64,000 bases of DNA from Octopus sinensis (lineage: Eukaryota): contig NC_042998.1 in NCBI RefSeq assembly GCF_006345805.1, forward strand, positions 86,738,001 to 86,802,000, given 5' to 3'. Shown here in pieces: positions 38,460-51,470 of this stretch. The position numbers and the translations under genes were made by a program. Position 1 is the stretch's first letter; each line of letters starts with the position of its first letter. The notes beneath the pieces are model-generated. The model ran no database searches. It was given only the letters and a program-made list of their open reading frames with translations, and was not told the DNA's origin.

Positions 38460-39899
38460 GTTGGTAGTTCTCAAACTGATGAACTCATTTTCTTTTATAT
38501 ATTTACCAAATATAAACTTTTGAAAATTTTAAATGGAATGATTTCAAATCAAAGAAGCTTTTGTGATCAGAGATGAAGGTCAAAATTCATTCATAGATGA
38601 GGTAAAATATTGCTAACAAGTTTTGTAACATTGACATTTAGGATGACTTTCCAAGTGAATTGTAATATTTGGAACGAAGTATGAATTTATTGAGAAGCTG
38701 TTAATTAAAAATTGGAGAACAGATTTTTAAAATTTTAAACGGACTCAAATATTTTATACACATTAGTACCTTTAAGCTGCAAAATGAGTGTGTTGTGTTG
38801 GGCCCCACTTGGGTTGGGTCAACAAAAGGCTTGGACTGCTTACTGGCAATCTCACTTTATTTGTGCAGACTCTCAAGACATTGTATAACATTTGAATGAT
38901 AGTGTTCAAGATATAGTGAAGTTCCAGAAATAGTAAGTCATGCATTCAAGTAGTATGTCTTGGTTGCAGCTAATGAGAATGCATTGACAAAATTTGAAAC
39001 AGTATTATCACCCACGAGACATTCATATTTTAAAAGAATGTTTAAGCCTTTTGTTAACTTATTTCTTTTGAAATACAACGACCTTTGTTTCAATTAAGTT
39101 TGAAAATAACAAAGAATTCAGTAAAATAAATTTTTATCATTAAAGTGATGTTTAACATGAAAGATTTCGTTTAGATTACTTTAAACAGGAAGTTTATATC
39201 ATAGAACCAGGGACAGTCTCAGGTGGGTTGTTATTATTAGAGTTAAGAAGATTACAAAATATTGAAACATTGTGTTGCCCCCAAATAAATTGTTTGGAAG
39301 ATAGGTAAGTGTGACTAAATTGGCATTGGTAAACATGATGAACTTATGGATACAATAGTGATGATGGAAGTGTTTTTTCAAACTATATAAAAATGGAAGA
39401 GAAGGTTGGGAAGACATTAGTAACAATATCATCATCATCATCATCATCATCATCATCGTCGTCTAAAGTCAGTTTTCCATGCTAGCATGGGGTGGACGGT
39501 TTGACTGGGGTCTGGGAAGCCAGGCGGCTACACCAGGCTCCAGTCTGATCTGGCAGTGTTTCTACAGCTGGATGCTCTTCCTAACACCAACCACTCCATG
39601 AGTGTAGTGGGTGCTTTTTACACGCCAGGCGAGGCTGGCAACGGCCACGATCAGTTGGTGCTTTTTACATGCCACCAGCATGGAAGCCAGTCAAAGCCGC
39701 GCTGGCAACGGCTACGTTCATATGGTGCTTTTTATTTGCCACTGGCACTGGTATCACAACTACAATTTCCATTGATTTTTTGATCGATTTTGATTTCACT
39801 TGCCTCAACAGCTCTTTGCAAGCAGAGTTTTGTGTCCAAAGAAGGAAAGGTATGCATAAGTGGACTGGCTACATCCCAGGTAAAGGCCACGGGTTATGG

Positions 39900-40225
39900 T
39901 CTCATTTGTCCTGCCAGGTCTTCTCTGCCTTGGTGAGACCTAATGTTTGAAGGTCGTGCTTCACCACCTCGCCCCAGGTTTTCCTGGTCTACCTTTTCCA
40001 CAGGTTCCTTCAACCGCTAGGGTGTGGCACTTTTTCACACACCTGTCTTCATCCATTCTCGCACACCACAACTGATGCTTCTTAGGTCCAACTTTTCTCT
40101 CAAGGTACTTACACTCTGTCGAGTATGAACACTGACATTACACATCCATCGGAGCATACTGGCTTCATTTCTTGCAAGCTTGTGCATATCCTCAGCAGTC
40201 ACGGTCCATGTTTCACTGCCATGTA
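39900..40225 (-). mobile_element. RTE LINE C-terminal fragment
   Basis: MLHGSETWTVTAEDMHKLARNEASMLRWMCNV in ORF 40035..40355. Confidence 0.85.
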
Positions 40226-40254
40226 GCATGAATAGGCAAAAAATTTTGTTGGAG

Positions 40255-40760
40255 TACCTTATAGTAAATAGTGACTTTGAAATCCTACTAGACCACAATG
40301 CATGATTTTTTTGAATGGATATTCTGGTTAGGAAGCTGTTTTGGAGGATCCTCAAACAAACACCATGATCTTTTTCTCACTATATTATTGTAAACAATCC
40401 AATTTTCATCTCCAGTTACCAGTTGCTTCAAGAAAGGCTTATTTTCATTGCATTTTAGAAGAATATCAGAGATACCAGTCTCTGCAGTTTTGTTCTGACA
40501 GTTTGTGAAGCACCCAAACATAATAGCGTTCGTAAATGGTACTTTTGGAAACTTCCAACTTCTTTGCAAGACCTCTAGTCATACAATTCAAGTTTTCCAC
40601 CACAGTTACTGTCATAATGTGGATCCTTGTCCACTTGTATGTTGCTATTGGCACTGTAATATTTTTGTTGCCACTATTATGTTGTGGTGGTATTCTGTGT
40701 CTTATTATCTTTTGACTTTGAAACATCTACCTTGACGATAACTCAAACATGTATATATCA
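40255..40760 (-). mobile_element. Mariner transposase fragment
   Basis: VWVLHKLSE and FLKQLVTGDENWIVYNNIVRKRSW motifs. Confidence 0.8.
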
Positions 40761-40989
40761 TGTAACTGACACTGACTCCAACAAAGAACTTGTATAATAA
40801 CTTTATTACTACTGACCTTCTACAACGACTGACTGTCTGACCTCATAGTCTCTGTATCTTACCACACCAGTTTATCACATGGCAAGGAGTGTACCATTTT
40901 CACTATGTCTCCCCTTTTAGTTTCTTTTTCTGTGGGAAGCAAGTAATTTTATTTTACTTTATTCACCCCTCTTCTCTTTTTAACGTTTT

Positions 40990-42440
40990 TTTTTCAACTT
41001 AATACTTTTTCTTTTTGGTATCTATTTGTAGGAACTCTGTGTTCTTCCTTTTCCTTCGAATTGTATGCATAGGTTCAACCCCCTGTAACAGTGTTGGTAC
41101 CTGGAATGTGTCATACATCCATTCCATAGGTTCTTCCAGGCTGTTTGATTCATTTTCTATGAATCTCTTCTTCAATTCATTTCTGTGTCTTTTTTCAATA
41201 CCTTTTCTGCTTTTAATTCTGTACATCAGTTTTCCTATGTACTTTGTAATTTTTCTAGTACTGTTTTCTGTTTTTATACGACCTCATGTTCCCCTTATCA
41301 CCAATGTTGAAAAATTTTGATAGTGTCTTTCCTGGCACTTTTTCTTTCCTTGCCAGGTAACAGTTTATGAAAAACTGATTTCCCCTTCCTAGTGGACATC
41401 AGTTCTGCTGGTGAGCTTTTTGCTGGTGTATTGGGGTTTGGTGCCACCCTATATACCCTTAGGAATTGCTGCAAAGCAACTTTGTTTGTTACTTCCTTGT
41501 TTGCTTTTCTCAAAGCTCTTTTAAAAGTGTCGACAAATTGCTCTACCTGTCTATTTGAGCTGGGATGGTAAGACACTATCATTTTATGTTCTTCCATGAA
41601 CATTTCAATGAATTTTCTAAATTCACTGGACAAATTGTGTTCCATTATCAGATACAATTACATCTGGGATGCCAAATCTTGGGAATAATTCACGCAAAAA
41701 ATTTATCATAATTGAGTCAGTTTGTCTTTTGCACTAAACAATTTCCAGCCATTTTGTAAAATTGTCAACTACGACTAAGAAGTAATAACCCTTTAACAGA
41801 CCCACAAAGTCGATATGTAGTCTTGACCAGGAACTTTTTACTTATGGCAAGGCTCCCATTTTCTATAGGCAATTTTGCTGCCAGAATACATCCTCTGCAG
41901 TCTTTTACTACATTTTCAACTTCATCTTTGGCCAATACACATAGCTGCACATAAACAATTTTATCCTTGCGATCTCTGGATGTCCAATATGGAATTCTTT
42001 CAACATTCGCTTTTGTAGAATCTCAGGTATCACTACCTTTTAGCCATACATAAGTACCCCATCACGTGTTGAATATATGATTACATCATGTTGTTTTTTC
42101 TTACGAAATGATTTTTTGTTTTCTTTTGTTGACCATAAAGTTTTATTCTCATTAATGAACTTGTCTTCTGATGCATACCGCTTTATCTCCTCCAGGGTTA
42201 TTGATAACTATCGTACAGTGTTCCATATTATGTGTTTAATTTCCCCTTCAGCTCTTAGGGTTGCTATTGCTGTGTCTTTGAATGGTTTGCCATTTCTGGG
42301 TATTAACCAGGATAGACCTTCATCATGTCCTAGCATTTGCAAAGGTAAATATTCCATTGCATAGTTGTAGTTTAGTGGTATGGTGACCCTTCGCTGCAAC
42401 CAGTTTGCTGCATGCATTGGGATTCCTTTCTTAGATCCAT
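40990..42440 (-). mobile_element. Ty3/Gypsy pol remnant (RNase H end, integrase zinc finger and core)
   Basis: NWLQRRVTIPLNYNY...GHDEGLSWLIP, LKEFHIGHP...VKDCRGC and YHPSSNRQVEQFVDTFKRAL motifs, with multiple disruptions. Confidence 0.85.
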
Positions 42441-42459
42441 AAATCGAAACCTGTGGAAC

Positions 42460-43280
42460 TTTTTTATGCCACATATTTTGCAAAACCAACTTTTGCATGA
42501 AAATTCTTGTCAAACGACAAGGGAACTGGCAGAGAATATGGAATGCTCCTACACTGCTATAGAGAAGCATCTTCATTCGATGGGAAAGTTTCAGAAGTAT
42601 GGAGCATGGGTTCTGCATGCTCGAAGTGACAACAACAAAAATCAATTAGCCACAATCTCTGCTGGTTTGCTTGCTTGTCACCGCTCAACTCATGGACACA
42701 AGCAATGATTTCTTTACCGAATAATTACTGGTGATGAAAAATTGTGTCTGTACATCAATATGAAGCAGCAGAAGGAATGGCTTAGCCCTGGTAAACAAGT
42801 AACATCATGTGTGAAACAAGATCTTCATCTGCGTAAAACGATGTTGTGCATATGGTGGGACTGGAAGAGATTATCCATTACGAATTGCTTGAACAGAACC
42901 AAATGGTTAATGTGGAACTCTATGTTCAGCAGATGGAATGACTCAACATGACCAAAGAAGCCATTCAAACGCATGGCTGGGAAGTGCTGCACACCCATCG
43001 TACTCTCCTGATTTAGCACCAACATTTTCAATCTCTTCCAAATGCTATGCATGGAGTTTTGTTCAATACTGGGGCAGAATTGAAAGCTTGGCTGGATCAA
43101 TTTTCAAGTTGAAATCAGGTGATTTCTACCAGCGAGGTAGTGAAAATCTTGTTGAACATTGGGAAGAAGTTGTAAACAACAAGTGTGAATACATTATTGA
43201 TTAATTAGTTGTTATTTTTTATTAAAGCTTTTAAAAATTTAAATTTAAAAAAACTGCGGAAACTTAATTGCCACCCAATA
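42460..43280 (+). mobile_element. 5'-truncated mariner element (same family as 62762-63990)
   Basis: GAWVLHA, IITGDEK, KTMLCIWWDW and HPSYSPDLAP motifs. The 3' TIR ...AATTGCCACCCAATA lies at ~43265-43280. Confidence 0.85.
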
Positions 43281-43432
43281 CATTTATTGTTGGAAAACAA
43301 ACATTTCCACTAAAATACTCTCTCCTCTCTATCTCTCTCTCTCCTCTTTCTCTCTCTCTCTGCTCTCTCTCACACACACACACAATGATGCATATTTGTT
43401 TGTCTGTTCACTGCTTATTCTATTTCTTTCAG

Positions 43433-43471
43433 ATATTCCAGGGAATAAGAGCAGCTAAACCACTAAAAAAC
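43433..43471 (+). CDS. Probable cadherin juxtamembrane micro-exon (RYSRE[I]RAAKPLK...), not in frame as assembled
   Basis: Strong ttctttcAG acceptor and GTaagt donor. The xRxIRAAK reading resembles the 'RqLkAA' post-TM motif. The 39-nt exon needs 41 nt to link phase 2 to phase 1. Confidence 0.55.
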
Positions 43472-45636
43472 GTAAGTTGTTTAATGTCTCTGCCTTTGGT
43501 TTGGAATGGATGCAATGTCAACTTTTGGTTGCAAAATTGACTTTGAGATGTCCTGTATTGTGGGAAACAATTTTTAGCTTACACTAGCCTTGAAAATTTT
43601 TTTATGCATTGAGTTCAGCATTGAGATAGAGAGACTTGCTATTGTTCAGAATCATGAGGATGAAAAGCATAAAGTGTTTCTAGGTTAAAAGTGGTGTATT
43701 TGAATTTAATCAAAATGTTATTGAGAGTGAATACATGGGAATAAGACTTCTATACTTACCCTCAGTTATAATGAAGAAAAGGGCACAAGAAATGTTACAA
43801 AATGCGGTTGTTAGCCGAAAAATTTGTCAAAGTCTTCTGTCGGGAACTCCAATAAAGGCCTGCTACAGATGTGTTGGATGATGTATACTAATTAAGCAGT
43901 TAAATATTCTAATGTCAGAAAGAATGAATTCCATCTGAGGTAATAACTGAAATGCTGAAAGTGTCCGGTTGTGTAAGCCTGAGTAGTCACTGATCTAAAT
44001 AATCAGGTTATGAGGATGGCCATTATTCCCATTGAGGGACATCTCAGCATTGGAAATGAACAACATCCCATGTATGATGATGGTACTTGTTTACAGCCAT
44101 CACATGATGACATAACAACTGGGGAATTAGAGGGCTAATGTTAGGGGCTATGTGATCATGAAAATTTCAGCCATCCATTCCTGTGTTACTAGAGCCATGT
44201 GTGATTGTGCAGAGTCTTACCGAAACACATAAGGTCTTCCATTGCATAAACTATCTATCCAGGGCTTAATTATTTCCAAGATGAGCTGGCAGAAATGTTA
44301 GCTCACCCGGCGAAATGCTTAGCGGTATTACCGTCTGTCTTTACGTTCTGAGTTCAAATTCCACTGAGATCACACTTTGGCCTTTCATCCTTTCGGTGCA
44401 ATGAATTAACGAACAGTTGCATACTGGGATCGATCTAACAACTGACTCCTTCTCCAAAATTTCAGGCCTTGTGTCTAGAGTAGAAAAGAATGATTTTCAT
44501 GATTCCAGTACCTCAATATAGGCAGCAGAGTTCACTCTAAGGCCTGGTGGAAAGAAGTAACAAGGCATCACATGTCCTTCATTGCTGACAACTCCTAAAA
44601 CCATGACAGTTCACAGGGAATTTTGTTTGCATAACACTTGGGAACTTCAGAAGGGTCTGCACATTACTATCTGTCCATTTCTTCTGTTAACTTTTTGATC
44701 TTGGTTGAAGTTTTTTCTTTGTTGAGAAAAACCAAATCAAATGTTCTTCTACTAGGATATCTTTCAGTTTGTTTAAGAGCCTTTTAAATCTGATGTAGTG
44801 ATTTTCTTTGGCTTTTTATAACAAATTGACTTTTCCTCATAACCTAAGACTTATAGCTGATGTCTTCATGGACAACATTTCTGACTGTTCCTTCTGACAC
44901 ATGGAGATCTTTTGCATTTGACCTCATGAACTTTCTGGTATGTTGAACTTGCTGGATATCTAAGTGTTCTGATAATTTCAGAGCATCTACACATCCTTTT
45001 ATATGCTTTGATACTAGTGATACATTCCATCTTCAGTCTCTAGCTCCTTAAAACTTTATAGGTGAAATTCTGAAAACTTTTAAAACTTGAGATATTTCTA
45101 AATCACTATTTCAGCCTTTATAACCACAATAACAGCATGCTTCGTTCTTCATTCTTGAGTAAGCTGAGAGTCTGCATTAATTATTTTCTGAACCAATATT
45201 ATATGGAGTTATCAAAAATGCAGCAATGACCCATAAAAGGTATGTTCTCAAATACCTTATGCACCCTGTATATACACAGACAGACTGACTGACTGATTGA
45301 TTTGTTCACAGTTAGTATATACTTTACTTTTATTGGTGATCATTTTTGTGTTCTTTATTTCTCATAAGTTCAGGATTAAAGGAACCAATAAGATTGTTGA
45401 CATTTGTTTTTATTAATATATATATGCATTGAATTGAATTCAACTAGTTTTCAGAGCTGTGGCATGCTGTGACTATTCAAATGTGCTTCCCTTCACATCC
45501 ATTTTTTGGTTCTTTTAATAATTTAATTTTGCACGTTCTATTTTGTATGTGTATTCTAACTGTGTTGTCTTTGCATGAAAGAAATTCATCTGTCAAAGAA
45601 AACTATGGTCATTATTTAATTTTTATATCATTGCAG

Positions 45637-45694
45637 CATCAGATGAAATAGCTGAAGATGTATATCCTGGAACCAATTTGTTTTCAGAGGGACA
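45637..45694 (+). CDS. Cadherin cytoplasmic exon (SDEIAEDVYPGTNLFSEGQ), phase 1-2
   Basis: gcAG/GTatgt boundaries, 58 nt open, PGTN motif of CDH23/Cad87A-type tails. Confidence 0.75.
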
Positions 45695-46059
45695 GTATGT
45701 TTTTCTTTCTCTCTTTCTCATTTTTTCTCCTTTTCTATCCTTTCTAATTCCTATTGTTTTTTTATAAACATTTGATTATTTAATTACATGTAGGTTATAA
45801 TTGGTTTCATAACTATGACACAATCAACTTTTACATTTCATCAGTCCAGAATTGATAAATAAGTACCAGTCATGTACCGGTATTGTTTTAAGTCACTTGC
45901 CCTATCCCTGAATTTTCTTGCCTTGAGCCAAATTAGAAACTTGTTATTAAGGATCAGTAGAATTGTTGAAGTATCAAACAAAATGCTTTGTGGTATATCT
46001 TCCATGTCTATAATCTCTGAGTTCTCTCCACTACATATTTGTAGCTTGTGTTAAAGACA

Positions 46060-46700
46060 GCAATCACTGTAGTTGTATTGAACTCTGAGTAACATCAGTT
46101 TCTTTGGACTGTAGCAAGGAAATAAAGTACACTTTGCAAGGCATTTGTGCAGCATAAACAGATGTATTATTCCATAATGTTGTAGATTTATGCCTTGTGA
46201 ATGACGGGATCTTCCTTCCTTGTCCAGCTGCCTGCAATTTTGCAGTGCATTCCAAGCTTGTGTGTAGTATATTCCGATACTCTAATAATATACTTTACCA
46301 AAACAAACTTTCTGTTTGTAGGTCTGCTCAAAATCTGTTTGTAGCAATTAGATGTTCCTTTTAGAAAGCATAACTTTGTAACAGGTTCCAACGCTCTTTC
46401 AACTGTTGAGTACTTATCAATAGAAAAGCATCCAACTGTAAATTATCTATTCATGCATCAGTGTCTGCATTTAGAAGTCCTGATTTCATAATAATTCATT
46501 CCACAATAGAAGGATCCAAAGAATATTCAAAGCAGATAGAATATTTACTTGCAATTTGTTGTTTATTAAGGTGTGTGTTTTGGGGTAAAACTTCTGTCTT
46601 ATACATCTACTAATTTCTAAGCTAGCAGAGAAAAAGTAACTGTTCAATACTTGAAACTCCATTTCAAGGTGCATATCATTAAATTTGTATTATCCAAATA
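46060..46700 (-). mobile_element. Highly decayed CR1/L2-like RT fragment
   Basis: Remnants resembling the 'lYk.lvRp.LEY' region (LVKYIIRVSEY). Weak. Confidence 0.35.
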
Positions 46701-46911
46701 GAAAAGTTTTATAGGTTTACATTGTTTATGCCATCAATAATGTAAAAATATATGGTTACACTGCCAGTGACATAAGAGGAAGAAGAATTTTCTCAGAAAT
46801 TCTTTTATATATCTTTTGTGAAGTAAAACTGAAAAAACATATTAGTTTATCAATAACCCATGGACTTTTTCTTCCAAAAATGTATTTGTGTCTTCTATAA
46901 ATATTTTTCAG

Positions 46912-46975
46912 GATTAATCCATTATACAACAATTGGGATGAAATGACATGGGTGGTCCCTTACCAGAGAAGGGAG
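46912..46975 (+). CDS. Cadherin cytoplasmic exon (INPLYNNWDE...)
   Basis: tttcAG/GTatgt boundaries. Continues EGQ-INPLYN in frame from the previous exon. 64 nt, so the end phase does not match the next exon as assembled. Confidence 0.7.
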
Positions 46976-47559
46976 GTATGTTTTACAAAACAGATTTTAA
47001 AATGAAAAGTTTGTTTCAAATGTTTGCTATTATTTATCATGAGATAAAGGGTAAAAACACATGGAAGCTGAATGTTTTATTGGAACTAAATTAATATCTC
47101 AGTGTTCTGAGTTCAAATATCACTAAGGTAAAGTTAATTTCCTTCTTTCTAGAGCCAATAAAACAGTAATAGCATACTAGATTATATCAATCAGCAACGA
47201 GTACAGAAGTAGCTGTGTGATTGCTTTGCTACCATGTGCTTTTAGGCTGATCCTGCTGGATGATACTTTTGGCAAGTGTCTTCTACTACTGTCACAGGTT
47301 GACCAATGCCTTGTGAGTGATATCAGATTGGTGGAAACTGTAGGGAAGCCTATCTTATACTGATTGATATATATGTGTGCGTATGTGTATATTATATATA
47401 TATATATAATATAATATATATATAAAAAAAGCATATATTCATCTGTATAATATATATAATTATATATAATATATATAATATATATATATATATAATGTAT
47501 GTATACATGTGCATAAGTTATCTAAAGTCCATAAGTCAGAGAAAAGATGCACTTGTATA

Positions 47560-49660
47560 TCTGTCAACTGAGTGGTTATATTATCCAAAGTGTACAGTAT
47601 TATATAACCATCATGGCTGATCTTACACAATTGGTTTCACACCAGGGGGTGTATAGTAGAGAGGTAACAATCCAATCATATAACCCTGTGCTCACCAGAG
47701 GTAGCCGATATGTAATGAAATATGGCAACTGTTCTCTATTGTTGGAGGTGAAAAGACATCCAGTTTGCAATTGTTGTTAACATTTGATGAAACGAACAAA
47801 GTAGGGGATTTAGTCAAGAGTTATGTCCCTTGATACCGAGACATTGCCACTGGATTGATTATGCTGTAAGTCAGAAGAGTTATCATGAAGTGTTTGTGGA
47901 TTGTTTTGTGTGGTCTTTCAGATTTATTTTCTTGTGAAAATGGGATATGTGTAGTGGTACTGTTTGTATAACTTTTGCAAGGAGTGTAGGCATTCATTAC
48001 TATGTTTGCTAGAGTGTTTTCCTTCTGTATTAATTAAGATTGTGGGGGCTTTATGCATGTATGCACGTGTGTAAGGGTACAATATGTGTGTGGGCCTTTA
48101 TATTGGAGGTGATGGAAAACAGTCTATTTGGAAGGCGTCCTGTCTTGTTGGGTCTGGAGATCCTTCTGCTAGAACTTGGTAAAGAGTGACAGCAGAAGAA
48201 TCTCCAGCTATCTTCAAGCAAAGAGATTTTGATGCTGCCACCCTGCACTACAATGAGGCACTGGTTGAGACAGTTTCAAGGATAGAACTACACACCAGAA
48301 CCTAACCCCTCCAAGAGAAAGTGGCACCAGAAGTATTGTGGTTCACACTGCCCTTTTCTCTATAATTTTAAAACCCAAGTAGTAAGATTTTTCTTAGCTT
48401 AGTTGATGATACTTCCCCCATACAAATTAATTCAGCAAAATATTCAATAGGCATACCTTGAAAATTTCCTCCTTTAGCTGTGCACCTAGTGTAAAAAAGA
48501 TTTTTGTAAGTAGGCCCATGCCTGAGACAGAGGCAGGATACACATGTAGGGGAGCACAGCATTTCCTCAGAATGGCCACTGTAACATGGAAGAACCTGCT
48601 ATAGGACCAAGTGGGCAACTAGACATGTGAGATGTATGTAGGAGCAACTGAAGGCCACTTCAGAACCTGCTTTAACAACCACAAGTCCTACTTTAACATC
48701 CTGGAGAGACACACCACAACAGAACAACCCTGGTCAGGTCTGTTTAATCTTTGAAAGTAAGTAACGACAAAGTACAACAAAGTGGAAGATCCTAGAGAAA
48801 TGTAAACCATACTTCAATAGCAGCAGGATGTGCAGGTTATGCCAAACTGAGAAAAGAGCAATTTTAAAGAGCATCCAGCACACAGCTTTTACCTCAATAG
48901 CAGGAGTGAAGTATTTAAATCCTTGCCCTCATGAAAGAAAGTACATCCTATCATTCCTGCATGCCCATCATGACTACAACCACCAGTCCTCAGCCTCAGC
49001 TCTCCACCAATACTCTGGAGTCCGGCAAAGAGTTTGACCAGAGCATTCACCAATGCACCTACATACTCACTCACCAATACATCCACATACAAACACGCAT
49101 GCTCCAGTATTGTACACACCTACCAAATAGCCTGTTTTCCTCCACAACCTCCAATATAAACTCACACACACACTTGCATTGTACTCCTACATTCACTGCA
49201 TACACACATAAAGCCCCCATGATCTTATCCAATACTGAAAGAAACCACATTAGCAAACACAGTAATGAATGCCTACACTCCTTGCAAAAGTTATACAAAC
49301 AGTACCACTACACATATCCCATTCCTACAAGAAAACAAACCTGAAAGACACACATAATCCCACAAACACTTCATGATAACTCTTACAATTTATACAACCT
49401 AACCAGCCCCGTGAAAATGTCTTGGTATCAAGGGACATAACTCTTGACTAAATCCCCCTACCTGGTTCGTTTCATCATATTTTCACAACTGCAAAATGGG
49501 TGTGTCCTTTTACCTCCAACAATAGAGAGTAGTTGCCATGTTTCATTTCATATTGGCTACCTCTGATGAGCGGAGGTTATATGATTGGATTGTTACTTAA
49601 CACTATGTTGTACCCCTGGTATGATTAGCCATGATGAATATATAATACTGTATACTTCAG
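47560..49660 (+). mobile_element. Penelope-like element with inverted terminal pseudo-LTRs
   Basis: 47560-48060 is a diverged reverse complement of 49200-49660. The interior has GIY-YIG remnants (YVGATEGHF, CRLCQTEK). Confidence 0.75.
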
Positions 49661-49910
49661 ATATATATATACCTTAAAAAGTCAGGGAATATGCAATAAT
49701 ATATTTACTTAACCACTTCACATCCTTATGGTTATGGCCATTTTGCAGCCTTCTTCTTGTAGTAATAAATTCTGTGTGGAACATACATACATACATAGAT
49801 ATGTACATACATACTTACATACATACATGCATGCATGCATGCATGCATACATACATACATACATCATACATCAATGCATGCATTGCATGTATACTACATA
49901 CATACATACA

Positions 49911-49942
<32 letters not shown>

Positions 49943-50029
49943 ATATCATCTAACTTTTTAGATGTAACTCTAAGCATATCAACCTCCCCATACTACTCCC
50001 CTTATGACATACCTAACTAATATCTTAAA

Positions 50030-51470
50030 TACCTAAACATTCATTCCATCACCACACAAATCCCCTTTTGATAACATAATCAAGGGTATCTCGACTCGTA
50101 TATCTGACCTCTCTTTCACTGGGGAAATTTTCAATAACCACACACCATATTATAATCAAGCACTCACTGCTAGCAGCCTCTCCCAACAAATAAAATCCAT
50201 CTATAACACCAGGCTCAAACAATATATATCTCATATCACATCACAAAGACACACCAACCATCACAATCACAACTGATCACACATACACTTTGATAGAAGC
50301 CCCTGGAAGATCTCACACCTAGACAACCTGGACCCCCACACATACATTTAACACTAGGTCAAAAACTAGAACAGCTAGCAACAACAGGCCTTGCCACCCC
50401 CTTCCATCCTCCAAAAACCTAGATAGTAACTACTCCTAAAATGTGACGGATGATCTATTCTATTCTGTGTACACACATCCACCTTCTCACATAATGTTAA
50501 GAACTTTGCTAAATCCTTCTTTAAAATACTAGACTCCAACTTCCCTCATCAACATAAATATTATTCTATCTTTAATAGATCCACCTTGAAACTATCCTAT
50601 TCTGCCCCACCCAACTACAATCTATCATAGCAGCCTCTAATAAACAAAAACTTTCTCTCTACTTTCAAACTCATCATAATTATAATTCTAGTTACACGAA
50701 TGCTCCAACACACACACAGCTCCAGCATGGAAACCCAACCCAACCTATCCTACTGACACTACCCAGAACACCACCACAACCTCTAACATTCTTACAAATA
50801 GTGCATTTAATAACAATAGTATAGATAATACAATAATAGTAATAATAGCATTAATAATACTAATAGTTTAGACCTTTCAACCCACTTCTCTAACCTCTCT
50901 CTCTGACAATGTTACCGCCTCCATTCCTGAAAGCAATCTTCAAATTTCATCCACTTGTAACTGCCATCCTGAGGCCATCTGCCCTTTGTAAGCCCATTGT
51001 AAAAGATATAATGTAATTTACAAATGCACTGTCCTTAACCTATTACTTAATTCTACAACCATATACATAGAATCAACCATAAATTTTAAACAACTATATG
51101 CCGCTCCCCTCCATTCTTTAGAGATATGAAACATAGGAAATCTACAACACTCACCAGTCACATACATCATCTCAAAAAACAAATATAACCCATACTTTGT
51201 CATGGTCCATATTAGATTCAGGGCTTCCTACCAAGGTCAACACTTAACCTGCAAGTTATGCCTAAAGGAGGCACTCACATAGAGGCACAACTCTTCAACA
51301 CTACTAGATAAACATAATAAGGCCCTAAACACATGAAACCATTGCTTTTTTCATACATTCAAATTCTACCACAAATCCAAAAGCCTATATAACCACACAG
51401 TATATTTCCACAATACCCCATAGGTAATCCTTAACAAACATATAAGTCTCCATTTTAATTTCTAATCCTT
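50030..51470. mobile_element. Decayed Penelope-like remnants
   Basis: IIKGISTRISDLSF...YYNQALTAS-like reading near 50070-50170, homologous to the ISRRISSLSS segment of the other copies. The remainder is weak. Confidence 0.4.
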
